Below are positions 1 to 10,514 of a DNA stretch of 64,000 nt, piece by piece. A program made the position numbers and the translations under genes. Numbering within the stretch: position 1 is the first letter of the stretch; each line of letters starts with the position of its first letter. Location: the IMG/VR virus record IMGVR_UViG_2049941000_000847. The stretch is one strand, 5' to 3'. Below the pieces are notes generated by a model, which worked only from the letters and a program-made list of their open reading frames with translations, was not told the origin of the DNA and ran no database searches. This DNA is from an uncultured virus (IMG/VR IMGVR_UViG_2049941000_000847) (Duplodnaviria; Heunggongvirae; Uroviricota; Caudoviricetes).

Positions 1-202
1 CCGCATCGAGATGCTCAACCTGAGCTCTCCCCAGCTTCTGTCGATGTACTTCGGCGTGTTCCTCGGGAAGGAACTGTCTCTCGCCAGGAACGCTCTTGCA
101 AAGGAGCTGAAGGCCCAGCAAGAAGCCAACGCCGGCGAAAAGGCGGACAACATCATCAAGTTCAACCCAAAACTTTCCAACTAACATCAACAAGGAGAAA
201 CC

Positions 203-844
203 ATGTTTCACGGAAAGAAGGTAAAGGTCGTCGGTTTTTACGGTCAGTCCGGTGCAGGCAAGACCACGATAATAAGAAACGTTCCGGACGAGATCGATGA
301 AGTGGCCGTGACCAAGAACACCGGCATACTCAAGTACCTGTACGGAAAGAACAATTACTACGTCCATCCGAACGATTGCATAGACTCGTACTACCAGGAG
401 ATGAAAAACTCTCCGGACGCCAACAAGAACGAGATCGCCAACTCCGTGATAGAGAAATACATCAGGTCGGCGTTCCAGCTGCTCAACGACTTCTCCACGG
501 AGATCTACATGTTGAACAAGGAACTTGGCGAGAACTCCGCCGGCGTAATCCTCGTCGACAGCAGTCCGATCGACTACTACGCGATGCTTATGTGCGGTGT
601 CAGCATGCTCAAGGACGAGTTCGGTGTCAACGAGCTTTCCTACGACATGAACCACCTCATCGAGCTGGCGAAGAAGACCGCGCTGACCACCACCGAAAAC
701 TTCTTCGACTANNNNNNNNNNGATGTGTGGTGTCAGCATGCTGAAGGACGAGTTCGGCGTCAACGAGCTTTCATATGACATGAACCACCTCATAGAGCTG
801 GCGAAGAAGACCGCGCTGACCACCACCGAAAACTTCTTCGACTA
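203..844 (+). CDS. P-loop NTPase/kinase-like protein (3' end lost in gaps; 722-844 re-reads 589-710)
   Basis: Walker A GQSGAGKTT at the N-terminus, ILVDSSPID Walker-B-like strand, AAGGAG RBS. Confidence 0.6.
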
Positions 845-854
845 NNNNNNNNNN

Positions 855-943
855 TTCGGCTCCTCTGTCGCGACGGGTTCGACAACGCGTTCGATGACGG
901 TTCTGTCGTTTTCAAGTCTGTTGATCTTGCGTCTCTTGGACAT
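855..943 (-). CDS. 5' fragment of a hypothetical protein (MSKRRKINRLENDRTV...), cut by a gap
   Basis: ATG overlaps the stop of the upstream minus-strand gene; frame stays open to the N run. Confidence 0.4.
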
Positions 944-1842
944 TACTTACCTCGCTTCTGCTTCTGCCCCAGGAGAGGCATGATTTCCTTGATGTTGTTT
1001 CTGCCTTCGGCCTTCTTGACCATATCAAGCGCCTGATCATAGGTGAGATCCGTATCCTTCAGGTCGCCGTCTTCTCCCATGACGGAGTACTTCTTCTGGT
1101 CGCCGACGCTTTCCTGCTCGCCGTTTTCAGAGGCTTCTGCATCGTCTTCTTCGTCCTCAGAGGCAAATAGGTCTTCACCGGTTTCGTCGCGATACTCCAT
1201 TCCGGCGGTGTAGTAGTCTGGCATCTCGTAGATATGCCCCATGGCCGCCTTGATGGCCTTTTCCGGGTCCTTGGTCCGTTCAAGCTCGACCTTGAGACCC
1301 TTGGAAAGTTCTTCGATGATTTCGGTCTCTTCGACACCATGTTTGCCGGCGAGGCAATCGATTGTCTTGCATTCCTTGCCCTTTTCGAGGTCTTCTCCCT
1401 TGAGCTCCGCCTCTCCTTCTTCTTCCATCTCGTCGAGACGGTCGTAATAGTCGGGGAGTTCCATGAGGTGGTCGAGAGCGATGCGTTCGGATATCTTCTT
1501 GAGCTCGGTGTGCTCGAGTTCGACCTTCGATCCAATGTCGACCTGCTTCTGGATTTCTTCGACGGGAACGTTCCACTTCTTGGCAACGTCTTCCACGGTC
1601 TTGCCGTCGGCGCGACCACCCTTGAGGACATCTAATTCATTGTCCTTTTCCGTGGAAACTTCTTCCGTGTTTCCTCCCTTGATGACGTCAAGTGGGAGAA
1701 TGGTGGAGTCGACTTCGGATACGGAGAAATCGGCCGGCACGCTTTCAAGAAGAGAATAACCCTTTTCGATGGCTTCGATCAGGTATGAGTTGTTCTTCGT
1801 TTTCATGCCGTCCAGAAACGAAATAAAAGACTTTTTGTCCAT
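943..1842 (-). CDS. Acidic putative head protein with two DUF5661-like repeats
   Basis: Two repeats: GSKVELEHT..IALDHLMELPDYY and GLKVELERT..AMGHIYEMPDYY; leader ends in LLES; downstream of TATAAACT. Confidence 0.65.
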   Translation of the reverse strand: MDKKSFISFLDGMKTKNNSYLIEAIEKGYSLLESVPADFSVSEVDSTILPLDVIKGGNTEEVSTEKDNELDVLKGGRADGKTVEDVAKKWNVPVEEIQKQVDIGSKVELEHTELKKISERIALDHLMELPDYYDRLDEMEEEGEAELKGEDLEKGKECKTIDCLAGKHGVEETEIIEELSKGLKVELERTKDPEKAIKAAMGHIYEMPDYYTAGMEYRDETGEDLFASEDEEDDAEASENGEQESVGDQKKYSVMGEDGDLKDTDLTYDQALDMVKKAEGRNNIKEIMPLLGQKQKRGK

Positions 1843-1887
1843 TTTAGCACACCAATCCGGGCTTGATTACCCAGTAGATTTCATAAA

Positions 1888-1901
1888 TAGTTTATAAACT
1901 A
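1888..1901. promoter_or_regulatory. Palindromic bidirectional late-type promoter TAGTTTATAAACTA
   Basis: Perfect palindrome between divergent genes; TATAAACT on both strands, compare T4 late TATAAATA. Confidence 0.7.
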
Positions 1902-1927
1902 ATGGTAAGTGATTCCCTGTTCAGGCC

Positions 1928-3367
1928 ATGGAACGTATAGACGTAAACGGCATTTACAAGCATTCCCCGATGAATGAGGCTCAAATCAACGCCGAAAAGA
2001 ACGATGACAGGGAAATCGTCATAAATGAGACGCAGGTTACAGAGGCCGCTCCGGCATCGTCATCCGACACCGACAGAACAAAGTTCAACCCGTCGTACAG
2101 ATGCGACACAATTTACGGTAAAATAAGGAGAAACATAGCCACCCTCGAAACGCTTGCACTAGACGGGTCTCAGTCCACAAACGACAACCTATGCGGAGCC
2201 GATCTGATCGGTATAGATAGTACCGAGACGTATGGGGTCATACAGGACGCAACCACCGTGCAGGGAGCCATAAAGGAGCTCGATACTGCAGTTTCGGAAG
2301 GAGGAGATTTGTCAAATCCGGTCGAAGAACTTCTTGTCATGAACGCCGGGTTCAAAATGAATCCGTTCTCGGAAGACTCTGGTACCTGGACCGACGTTAG
2401 GTACAATGAGACCTATACATGGAAAAAATTCAACGGCAAGATTTGGATGACGCAGAACTTCAGAAGCGGTGGTTCCACTAACTGGCTTAACAATGCCACG
2501 CAGCAGGCTAATCAGAACCCAACACTCGGCAAAGTATATACTATAGCGGAAGCTAAGTCTCTATGCCCGTCCGGGTGGAGATTGCCGACAAAGGAAGAGT
2601 TTGACGAGTTGATTGCGAATGAAACAGCGCAATCTCTTGCCTCTACACAGACTGGATCTACCGCGGGAGAAGTCGGGTGGTATTATACTTGGGGTCAGAC
2701 CAACGACTCCGGATTCAATGCCTACCCAACAGGATATTGGAGATACTATGGTCAAGGATCCACTTCTCCAGACCAGTGGCATGATAGACAGACGCACGCT
2801 TACTACTGGTCGTCCACAGTAGAGGGAACGGATTCCAGCCACGGTGATCATTATTACGCTCTGTACATGGGGTGCGGTTCAAATAATGGGACCCCTCAGA
2901 TGAATACAACAACTCTTGTTTACGAGCACGCAAACACATCCAACATGTGGGATAGCGTGCCCGTAAAGGTTGGTGTCAGGTACATTTACGACTATGATCC
3001 TGAAGTCACGATCGTAAAGAATGCCGTCGAAACGGTTGGGTCCGACTCTGCAATAGTAACCGAAAAGGCTATCAGAACAGAACTTGATAAAAAGGCCAAC
3101 AACGTATTCACGGCAAAGGGTTGCATTGCGATAGGAAACGATGCCGGTACGCAGGCGGCCAGGCTCGGTATAGGAACGGAGGGACAATTCCTCATGGTTT
3201 CATCCGCGGGCCGTCCTCAATGGGCATCTCTATACTTGGGCGTGTTCACTTCTTCAACGCGACCCGCAAATCCGATAAACGGTTCGTTCGGGTTTGACGT
3301 TACGGTTAACAATGTCATTTGGTATATAAACGGCGCTTGGGTTAATGCCGGTGGGTCAATGGTCTAG
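1928..3367 (+). CDS. Fibre-like virion protein with FISUMP (Fib_succ_major) domain
   Basis: KIWMTQNFR...LCPSGWRLPTKEEFDELI...SGFNAYPTG...YYWSST...VGVRYI; fibre-type motifs IVTEKAIR and RPANPINGSFGFD. Confidence 0.75.
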   Translation: MERIDVNGIYKHSPMNEAQINAEKNDDREIVINETQVTEAAPASSSDTDRTKFNPSYRCDTIYGKIRRNIATLETLALDGSQSTNDNLCGADLIGIDSTETYGVIQDATTVQGAIKELDTAVSEGGDLSNPVEELLVMNAGFKMNPFSEDSGTWTDVRYNETYTWKKFNGKIWMTQNFRSGGSTNWLNNATQQANQNPTLGKVYTIAEAKSLCPSGWRLPTKEEFDELIANETAQSLASTQTGSTAGEVGWYYTWGQTNDSGFNAYPTGYWRYYGQGSTSPDQWHDRQTHAYYWSSTVEGTDSSHGDHYYALYMGCGSNNGTPQMNTTTLVYEHANTSNMWDSVPVKVGVRYIYDYDPEVTIVKNAVETVGSDSAIVTEKAIRTELDKKANNVFTAKGCIAIGNDAGTQAARLGIGTEGQFLMVSSAGRPQWASLYLGVFTSSTRPANPINGSFGFDVTVNNVIWYINGAWVNAGGSMV

Positions 3368-3377
3368 GAGGTAAAGT

Positions 3378-6083
3378 ATGTTCAAGATGCAAGACGGGTT
3401 TCAGATAGACCATAGCGGAACCGATTTCGGTATCTGGGTTGACCCACGCGACGGACAAGAATACCAATACAAAAAGATTGGCACTCAGGTTTGGATGCTT
3501 CGCAACCTTGCCTACGGTGCGAAACAGGGAACAAACCACGATTGGGTTGCAGGTAAATCTGTTCTTCAGTCTGAAGGTCATGCTTGGCGTTATGAAGACC
3601 AAGATAATTATCTTTCTTGGCCTTTTGATCGTGGTGCAATCTATACGTTGGAGTCTCTTGATTGGGCTATTCCGACCGGATGGCACGTTCCTTCTGTAGC
3701 TGAAATGGATGTGTTCAAGGCTTGGGTTCAGTCAAAATACGGTTCATCCAACGGATATCCGTCAAAAGCAGTGAAAACCACGACACACTGGAACACGGTC
3801 AAAGATGGTTATGGTAATCAATACCCGGCCAACGGCACTGACGACTTTGGTTTTTCTCTTGTTGCCAATGGTTATGCCTATTTGAACTCATCCGGCACAA
3901 ATGTTGGAAAGGTTAGCTCATATAATGGGTCAAGAGACCAATATGGCAGCGGTTCGATGTCATATCTTTGGTTGTCTGACATCTACAACACAACCGGGCG
4001 CAAGTATTGGTGGGTTGGTGGTGGGTATCAGTATGTTTATGGATGGTCTTATTCCAACTGGATGCCTAACAGCAACATGGCCATGGGTGTCCGCCTCATA
4101 AAGGACGCTCCGGCCGTATCCACGGAACCGGAAATCGAATCCATCTCCGTGACAATTCCATCGACCGGCGCCTCCGATACAAGAGTGCCAACAGAAAAGG
4201 CGGTCAAAGATTACGTCGACTCACAGGCGGGTGGATCAATAAGCCTAGATTCCACCGATGAGGTAACGGTAAGCGGATCCGGCACACAAGCCGATCCATA
4301 CACGTTCAACCTTACCGGAAAACTTCAATCAACCGAAGACGTTGATATAATAGCAGCGCGCGATGCCAATGTTTCGTTTGAGAGAAGCATGGCAGTTGGT
4401 TCCAGTTCATCGTATAATCTCACAATGGAAACCGGGAATTTGATGAGTCTTACAGCCAGCAATGAGCTTGACTTAACTGGCTCAACCATATTGAAGCAGA
4501 TTTCTGGTTCGCAAATATATGCGACGGCCCCATATGAATACCATTACAACAGCAACAGATTTGCCGTGGCTCAGTCCAATCAGGCCGGCGCGAAGAACAT
4601 ACAGTTCGACGGATCATTGTCGGAAGACATTTCAAACAAGACGGTGAACGCTTCTGGATATATGAGCGAAACAGCCGCCGGACCTCTTTCAATAGTTTCC
4701 TCCGGTGCGACCGCGGCCTTCAAAGGAGCTGGGCCAACCACTATCGAAAGCACTGGAGGCGCAGCGGTAACCGTTTCGTCTACTGGAAATAATTCAATCG
4801 TGCTGAATTCTACAGGAATATCGCTTACATCTCAGTCGCTACCAATTTCTGTGAGTACAAATGACTTGCGTCTGCAATCATACGCAAAGGCATACGACTC
4901 AACAGACACTCACAAGATATTGACACGCGCCACTACCACGGGGTCGATTGAATTGGCATCTACGTCCGATTTGACGCTTGACGGACCGGTGGGTGTTAAT
5001 CTAAGTGGAGAGTGCCAGCATCAACTCTCTTACAAAACTGGCAACTATTCTCTGTACATATTGGATGGCGACGACCCCACGGATTCCTATAACTGGAAGC
5101 CGGTCAGCCCGTTTTTCATCGACTATGACGACTCAAGAAAGACAAAGTTGATATCTCAGGTTACTGATACAATAGATCTTGGTAATTCTTGTTCAATCGT
5201 CGCGGGATCATCTAATTCTATAACAATAAATGCAAGCAATTTCATCAGTATATCTACAAGTTCAACAACGGTGTCGTTGGATCCTGGTGGATTGACAATT
5301 GTCGGTAGCTTAGCCAGCACATCGGTGTCTCCTGGTGGATTTACCGTAACCGCGCCAAATGGTGGGAATCCGCTGACGAGCACCATCGATCCGGCAATGG
5401 TTTCCACAAGCAGCATACTTGCCGCTTCCGCTTCTGCGCCGTCCAATCCGAGTGCTGGTCAGATGTATTACGACACGACTCTATCAACGCTGCGTATATA
5501 CAAAAACAGTGCATGGGAACCGGTTAGTATTCCCGTACCTAATGTCGTGTCTAGCAACTACGTGTTAACTTCGCAGAGCGGAGTACTTAAGTGGGAAAAG
5601 ACTCCCGATTATTATCCGCAAAAGACGCAGTACAACATACTGCCGAATCAGTGCTCCGGTTACATAACGACAACCCTTGACAGAGTATACCTTTTCCATA
5701 TGTATGGAGCCATTGGTATAACAAAGCCGGAATTCATAAGAACCATTCTGTACGAAAATGGCGGTACAGGAGCGGAATTCTATGCTTACATTTGGAGACA
5801 GTCAGACAAGGTGATGACGCACTACGGACACTTGACGCTGACTTCGAATAGTCGCAACGTCAAGATACCATTGACTCAGTTGGATACATTTGATCCTGAA
5901 AGTTATTGGTATGGCATCGCCATTCACTCCAATGGAACAGGAAATCCAAGGTTCCTCAAGGGAGATTTCCTGTCTTCTTCCAATTACATAGATGGAGCAT
6001 TCTCATCCGGTGACGCTATTCCGGCGGAACAAAATCTACAAAGTTCTACGACAGGTCCTTCTGTGGCAATCGTCGGGAGGTAA
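3378..6083 (+). CDS. Tail fibre/receptor-binding-like protein with N-terminal FISUMP domain
   Basis: DPRDGQEYQYKKIGTQVWMLRNL...PTGWHVPS...GTDDFGFS...GVRLIKD; VPTEKAVKDYVD; S/T-rich beta shaft; APSNPSAGQMYYDT. Confidence 0.75.
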   Translation: MFKMQDGFQIDHSGTDFGIWVDPRDGQEYQYKKIGTQVWMLRNLAYGAKQGTNHDWVAGKSVLQSEGHAWRYEDQDNYLSWPFDRGAIYTLESLDWAIPTGWHVPSVAEMDVFKAWVQSKYGSSNGYPSKAVKTTTHWNTVKDGYGNQYPANGTDDFGFSLVANGYAYLNSSGTNVGKVSSYNGSRDQYGSGSMSYLWLSDIYNTTGRKYWWVGGGYQYVYGWSYSNWMPNSNMAMGVRLIKDAPAVSTEPEIESISVTIPSTGASDTRVPTEKAVKDYVDSQAGGSISLDSTDEVTVSGSGTQADPYTFNLTGKLQSTEDVDIIAARDANVSFERSMAVGSSSSYNLTMETGNLMSLTASNELDLTGSTILKQISGSQIYATAPYEYHYNSNRFAVAQSNQAGAKNIQFDGSLSEDISNKTVNASGYMSETAAGPLSIVSSGATAAFKGAGPTTIESTGGAAVTVSSTGNNSIVLNSTGISLTSQSLPISVSTNDLRLQSYAKAYDSTDTHKILTRATTTGSIELASTSDLTLDGPVGVNLSGECQHQLSYKTGNYSLYILDGDDPTDSYNWKPVSPFFIDYDDSRKTKLISQVTDTIDLGNSCSIVAGSSNSITINASNFISISTSSTTVSLDPGGLTIVGSLASTSVSPGGFTVTAPNGGNPLTSTIDPAMVSTSSILAASASAPSNPSAGQMYYDTTLSTLRIYKNSAWEPVSIPVPNVVSSNYVLTSQSGVLKWEKTPDYYPQKTQYNILPNQCSGYITTTLDRVYLFHMYGAIGITKPEFIRTILYENGGTGAEFYAYIWRQSDKVMTHYGHLTLTSNSRNVKIPLTQLDTFDPESYWYGIAIHSNGTGNPRFLKGDFLSSSNYIDGAFSSGDAIPAEQNLQSSTTGPSVAIVGR

Positions 6084-6085
6084 AC

Positions 6086-6316
6086 ATGAAGCTATTGGTT
6101 CAGAAATATCGTATCAAAGGCGAACTCTATGACGAAGCCTATTCAAATATACAGGATCTAAAACCCGGAGATGTCATCGAAACTGTTCTGATGGTAGAAG
6201 AGGTTGATGACGATGACGATGGAAAGAAGGGAGGAGAGGAAGAGGATACCGGAAAGGATGAAGATGACCAGGAGGACAAGTCTGGTGCCGACGAAGAAGA
6301 TGAGAAGAAAAAATGA
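6086..6316 (+). CDS. Small acidic hypothetical protein
   Basis: GGGAGG RBS, closely follows upstream gene, D/E-rich tail. Confidence 0.6.
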   Translation: MKLLVQKYRIKGELYDEAYSNIQDLKPGDVIETVLMVEEVDDDDDGKKGGEEEDTGKDEDDQEDKSGADEEDEKKK

Positions 6317-6351
6317 TGTGCCAGCCTTTTCCAAATCGTAATGAGGTGTAG

Positions 6352-7143
6352 ATGACAATAGTACTCACAAATTCTTCCGTAGACGAGTGCCCAGAGATGG
6401 GCACCCTGGTCGGAAAATTGTGTGTAGATGTTTCAAACGAGCCTGCACCGGTAAACGAGCTATGGCTGTATGACCTTGTCTCAGACGACGAGGACAAGTT
6501 CACGATAGAGCACCCAACGGACGCGTTCGATGCCGCGTTCGTCAACACCGACACGAGCGAAATATACTTGCAGTATGGAGACAGAATAGAGGTAGGAGAC
6601 GTCGTTTCGATATACGGGGGAAAAGTTGTTCCAGAAGGACTTTCCTTGACGGCATACTACGATGTGTCGGAGAAGAACGGAAAGTACATCAAGCTCGTCG
6701 ACCACGAAAAGAAGAACCAGATAGACATAACGGTGGCCGGCGCTGGCATATTCAGAATGGTCAACCGGTCCATCACGAACGTATACGTAAGGTACGGAGA
6801 AGGCATAAACTACGAAAAATCCAAAACCGAAACGATAGTAGTCTCCGCGACGAACGAAGACGGAATAACTACGCAGAACGACGTGGTAATGTCCGTGAAC
6901 GACACCGTAGGAGACATACGCATAAAATCCGTCGACCCGCTCGCAAGCATGAAGGGGAGTCATCCACTCGTGACTATACGCGGAGCTAACTTCACCGAGA
7001 AGGGGTTTCCGGACGTGTTCGTGGACGACTACAGCGTCGACAATCTCAAAAAGGTGTCGGATAACGAGATACAGTTCGTTTTGGTTTCCGATCTTGGACC
7101 TGGTAAACACGTAATAGCGGTGGATCCGCCGGAGGGCGCATGA
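6352..7143 (+). CDS. Virion protein with split cadherin-like repeat and C-terminal IPT/TIG domain
   Basis: SVDE..MGTLVGKL...INYE....IVVSATN...VND; IKSVDP...VTIRGANF. Confidence 0.55.
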   Translation: MTIVLTNSSVDECPEMGTLVGKLCVDVSNEPAPVNELWLYDLVSDDEDKFTIEHPTDAFDAAFVNTDTSEIYLQYGDRIEVGDVVSIYGGKVVPEGLSLTAYYDVSEKNGKYIKLVDHEKKNQIDITVAGAGIFRMVNRSITNVYVRYGEGINYEKSKTETIVVSATNEDGITTQNDVVMSVNDTVGDIRIKSVDPLASMKGSHPLVTIRGANFTEKGFPDVFVDDYSVDNLKKVSDNEIQFVLVSDLGPGKHVIAVDPPEGA

Positions 7144-8348
7144 CACCGGCAAACGAGTATACCATCCTTAGGTACGTTTCCGACACCGTCCAGACGAACG
7201 CCGCCGGACAGCACGAGTGCCGCACAAAGGCGTCCATATCCATGAACTATGGCGAAGACGGTGCTTCAGGCGAGTTCGGCGACACGTTGAACGTATGCCC
7301 ACCTTCCGTGCTTACCAAGCTCGTTTCCGTTTACATGAAGTACGACCTTAGAGTCGACGTGGAATCCGGTGGCGAGCTCGTATTGGACGGCAGACCTACC
7401 AAAACCGGCGACCTTGTGTGGCTGACGAACCAGGGAACGGACGACGAAAACGGAATCTACCGCGTGTCCACCGGTTCGTGGGAACGTGTGCAGTCAGTAA
7501 ACTTCGACACGATAGTCGATATTGGTGCGACCGCTTACGACGAAGTGGACGGTGACATAACCCGCGATATAGTCACTACCAACGACATTGACTTCTCCGA
7601 ACCAGGTTCGTATTCCATAACGTATTCAGTGGTCAATTCCTCCGGCGTGCTCACGCAGGTATCCAGGAAGGTTAACGTCATGTACTGCGAGTCGTCGATC
7701 ATGCCGACTCACACGGAGAACATAACCGACCTGAAGATAGTCACGGAGACGGACGAAGAGCTGTTCAGGAGCGCCGTTTACAAGGGAGACAACGACCAGT
7801 GCAACAACGGGTGCGGACGCTACTCCGGAGAACTGCCTACAAACGACTATGTCGTGAACGACGGCGGTTCCACGTTCACCGGAAGCCAGTCGATGGGAGG
7901 GAATCGGCTGACTGATCTTGGAAACGGCACGTGGCCGGGCGACGCCGTCAGCCTTGACCAGATGAACCTGCTCACCGAGATCATACGGGAACCTCTGGAT
8001 CTCACGATAAGAGCTGTGGCCGGGAAGAGATTAGTTCCTGGCACGGTGGTGAAGATAGGGGACGACAAGAGGTTCTACCCGGCCAATTCGAGCCTGAGAT
8101 ACGAATGCAACGAGGCGGTTGCCATAGCTACCGAAACGACGGACATAGGAGAAGTGGCCACTTGCACGTTCTACGGATATGCGGACGGCATGAGCGGGCT
8201 TGCCCCCGGAGAAAGGTACTACTTCGACGAAAACGGCATGGTCACGACGGAAGCTCCGGAACACGGGTACTCGGAATGCGTCGGAACGGCCATTTCCGAG
8301 ACGGCGATGAATGTGCGGATGCACTATGGAATTTGTTATCCAGACTAG
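7140..8348 (+). CDS. Virion structural protein with Ig-like (DUF5011-type) domain
   Basis: GATAYDEVDGDIT...PGSYSITYSVVNSSG; GDLVWLTNQ..ENGIY; MGGNRLTDLG..GDAV fibre-like motif. Confidence 0.6.
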   Translation: MTPANEYTILRYVSDTVQTNAAGQHECRTKASISMNYGEDGASGEFGDTLNVCPPSVLTKLVSVYMKYDLRVDVESGGELVLDGRPTKTGDLVWLTNQGTDDENGIYRVSTGSWERVQSVNFDTIVDIGATAYDEVDGDITRDIVTTNDIDFSEPGSYSITYSVVNSSGVLTQVSRKVNVMYCESSIMPTHTENITDLKIVTETDEELFRSAVYKGDNDQCNNGCGRYSGELPTNDYVVNDGGSTFTGSQSMGGNRLTDLGNGTWPGDAVSLDQMNLLTEIIREPLDLTIRAVAGKRLVPGTVVKIGDDKRFYPANSSLRYECNEAVAIATETTDIGEVATCTFYGYADGMSGLAPGERYYFDENGMVTTEAPEHGYSECVGTAISETAMNVRMHYGICYPD

Positions 8349-8355
8349 AGTTTTT

Positions 8356-8363
8356 TATAAACT
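8356..8363 (+). promoter_or_regulatory. Late-type promoter TATAAACT
   Basis: Intergenic, about 30 nt before ATG 8392. Confidence 0.6.
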
Positions 8364-8391
8364 ATATGTAACCGGTATCCACGGTAGAAGC

Positions 8392-9105
8392 ATGAGCACG
8401 TTTGCACAGAATAACTTTTTGCCACGGCACGAATGGTCCGACCTGTATAATCAGACGCAGACAAAGAAGCCTGCCATCGGTGACATCGGCGACGAGTCCG
8501 ATGCTTTCGTGAAACGTGCCTATACGCAGTTCATGGACCACGATTTCAACAAGCTCGCAGAGGACCAGGACAGCTTCATAGCCGCCGACTACCGCCGTGG
8601 AACTCCAGGACGCGACAACCACCGCAACTACAACCGCATGGAATACGACATTCCGAAGGCCGCCAAGGGAGTCGACAAGTTCGACAACTCCATGGACCTC
8701 AAGGACGTAGCCGAGAAGATCGAGCTTACGGTGTCTGATATCCTAAACGCGTTCGAAAAGCAGGGATGGACGCTCAATACGACAGCTACCGCCGTGAGCG
8801 ACAAGCCGATCACGCGCGCCGANNNNNNNNNNCTTGGTGGATCGAGAACCGTAGCATATGACGGCAAGACCCCAAGCGTCGAAACTGGTGAATACAGCAG
8901 CGAGAAGATGATGTATTCGACCGTAAAGGAATTCGCCGACGACATTGCGAAGTGGGTGAAGATGCTCGGGAAGTCTGAGCTTGGACCAGGTGATACAGAA
9001 GCTATTTCCGGCGGCGTGNNNNNNNNNNCACTCCGATCGAACGGGAAGTGGCGAAGATACAGGAACGCCTGGATGCATCCAAGTACAATCCCATGGACGC
9101 GATGA
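8392..9105 (+). CDS. Hypothetical protein (spans two gaps; may be composite)
   Basis: ORF downstream of late-type promoter; contains N runs. Confidence 0.45.
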   Translation: MSTFAQNNFLPRHEWSDLYNQTQTKKPAIGDIGDESDAFVKRAYTQFMDHDFNKLAEDQDSFIAADYRRGTPGRDNHRNYNRMEYDIPKAAKGVDKFDNSMDLKDVAEKIELTVSDILNAFEKQGWTLNTTATAVSDKPITRAXXXXLGGSRTVAYDGKTPSVETGEYSSEKMMYSTVKEFADDIAKWVKMLGKSELGPGDTEAISGGVXXXXLRSNGKWRRYRNAWMHPSTIPWTR

Positions 9106-9136
9106 AGCCAGAGGAGAATAAGAAGTAGGTCGAACG

Positions 9137-10012
9137 ATGAGCGAGACTATCCCGTATCTTATCGGAATAATAATAGAAAAATCAAACAAAAACAATGATA
9201 ACAGCGGCATACTCGGCATGCATGGCAATGTCAAGTGTTTCGCCACGTTGAATTTTGGCGAATATTTCGATCTCGACGATAACATGTATGGTTGCTTAAA
9301 GAAGGCAGTGCTCGACTACCTCGCGGAAAACTCTCTCCAGGAGCCAGAAGACTTCTTTTCATTGACTGACGCCGAAAAGAAAAAGCTTGGCGATCCCCTC
9401 TCCGTGCCAGGCGGCAAGACACCGAGAGCCGAGACAGGTACATTCAACCAAGGAAAGGTGTTTTACTCAACTGTAAAGGAATTCGCCGACGATGTTGCGA
9501 AGTGGGTGAAGACGTTCTGGAAATCGGAGATGAGACCAGAAGACAAAGAAGCGACTTCCGGTGGCGTGCTCGACATAAACGTGGGTGAAAACACAGTCCT
9601 GTACAAGGCAAAACAAGGTGACACGGTCGACGTCGTGTGGACGGACGAAAACGGCGAAGACACTAACAAGATCCCGATGGTAGTAGTCTTGAGAAAGAAG
9701 TTCATCGACGGTGTACCAGAGGGAGAAAAACCGACCGAGGCCGAAGCAGGGGAATCCGGTGCGACCACCGAAGACGAAATCTGGGGAGATAACGCCCAGG
9801 AAGGCGAAAACGGTTCCAACGAAGAAGGAGAAGGAGAGGCCTCTGAAGAATTGTCAGAGGAAGGCCAGGAAGGAGAAGAGCCGGAAAATGAGGAAGAATT
9901 CGAGAACGACGAGAAGTTCAAAGAAGACATGAAAGCGGCCGACGAGGCGAAAAACGAGGTCGACGAGATCGATGGAAAGAAGTATGACGTGTTCGGGAAC
10001 GAGATAGAATAG
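9137..10012 (+). CDS. Hypothetical protein with acidic C-terminus
   Basis: 291-aa ORF with E-rich tail. Confidence 0.65.
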   Translation: MSETIPYLIGIIIEKSNKNNDNSGILGMHGNVKCFATLNFGEYFDLDDNMYGCLKKAVLDYLAENSLQEPEDFFSLTDAEKKKLGDPLSVPGGKTPRAETGTFNQGKVFYSTVKEFADDVAKWVKTFWKSEMRPEDKEATSGGVLDINVGENTVLYKAKQGDTVDVVWTDENGEDTNKIPMVVVLRKKFIDGVPEGEKPTEAEAGESGATTEDEIWGDNAQEGENGSNEEGEGEASEELSEEGQEGEEPENEEEFENDEKFKEDMKAADEAKNEVDEIDGKKYDVFGNEIE

Positions 10013-10051
10013 CTCCCGCCGTTGTGTTAGTGCGATAACAAGGAAGAAACA

Positions 10052-10414
10052 ATGCAGGCATGCAAGAAAACTATCACGAAAATGGACAAATGGTATGAGG
10101 TAATGTGTGACGACGGGACCCACTACGTGAGGGTTTCCGACGTATCCGAGAGCGACGAGGACGGTCTCATGAGACTGTTCGACAAGTTGTTCCAGGACAG
10201 CGTCGTGGAGTCGTACTCTACAGTGGACGGGTATGGTTCGCGTGTGGAATGTCGCAACTACACTACCGAATGGAAGGTGTTTGACGATGAAGAGTTCGCC
10301 GTCAGGCATGCCGAGGACGAAGAGAAGCTCTACATGGAAGAAGAGTATGGCGACAGGTACGAAGACGATGAAGACGACGGACCTGGCATCATGCGGATGA
10401 GAAGGCTGTTTTAG
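10052..10414 (+). CDS. Hypothetical protein
   Basis: 120-aa ORF with AAGGAAG RBS. Confidence 0.55.
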   Translation: MQACKKTITKMDKWYEVMCDDGTHYVRVSDVSESDEDGLMRLFDKLFQDSVVESYSTVDGYGSRVECRNYTTEWKVFDDEEFAVRHAEDEEKLYMEEEYGDRYEDDEDDGPGIMRMRRLF

Positions 10415-10440
10415 CAGTTATAAACTAGAAACGGTACGGC

Positions 10441-10514
10441 GATAGGGTAAGCCTAAATGGAAGAGCTATCCGCCCATATGCGAATGGTTGTCGGTTCGAA
10501 TCCGGCCCCGATTC
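10441..10514 (+). tRNA. Degenerate tRNA-like element (CAT anticodon in a 6-nt loop)
   Basis: GATAGGG/CCCGATT acceptor, AGC/GCT D stem, TCCGC-CCATAT-GCGAA anticodon arm, GTCGG-TTCGAAT-CCGGC T arm; TATAAACT at 10419-10426. Confidence 0.55.

Noticed and set aside
589..844. Direct repeat (589-710 vs 722-844) as tandem duplication or DGR template/variable pair
   Set aside because: Second copy is bounded by N runs; differences are synonymous and not adenine-specific, consistent with a strain allele placed by the scaffolder
1928..6083. Diversity-generating retroelement targeting the FISUMP domains
   Set aside because: No reverse transcriptase or template repeat visible in this window
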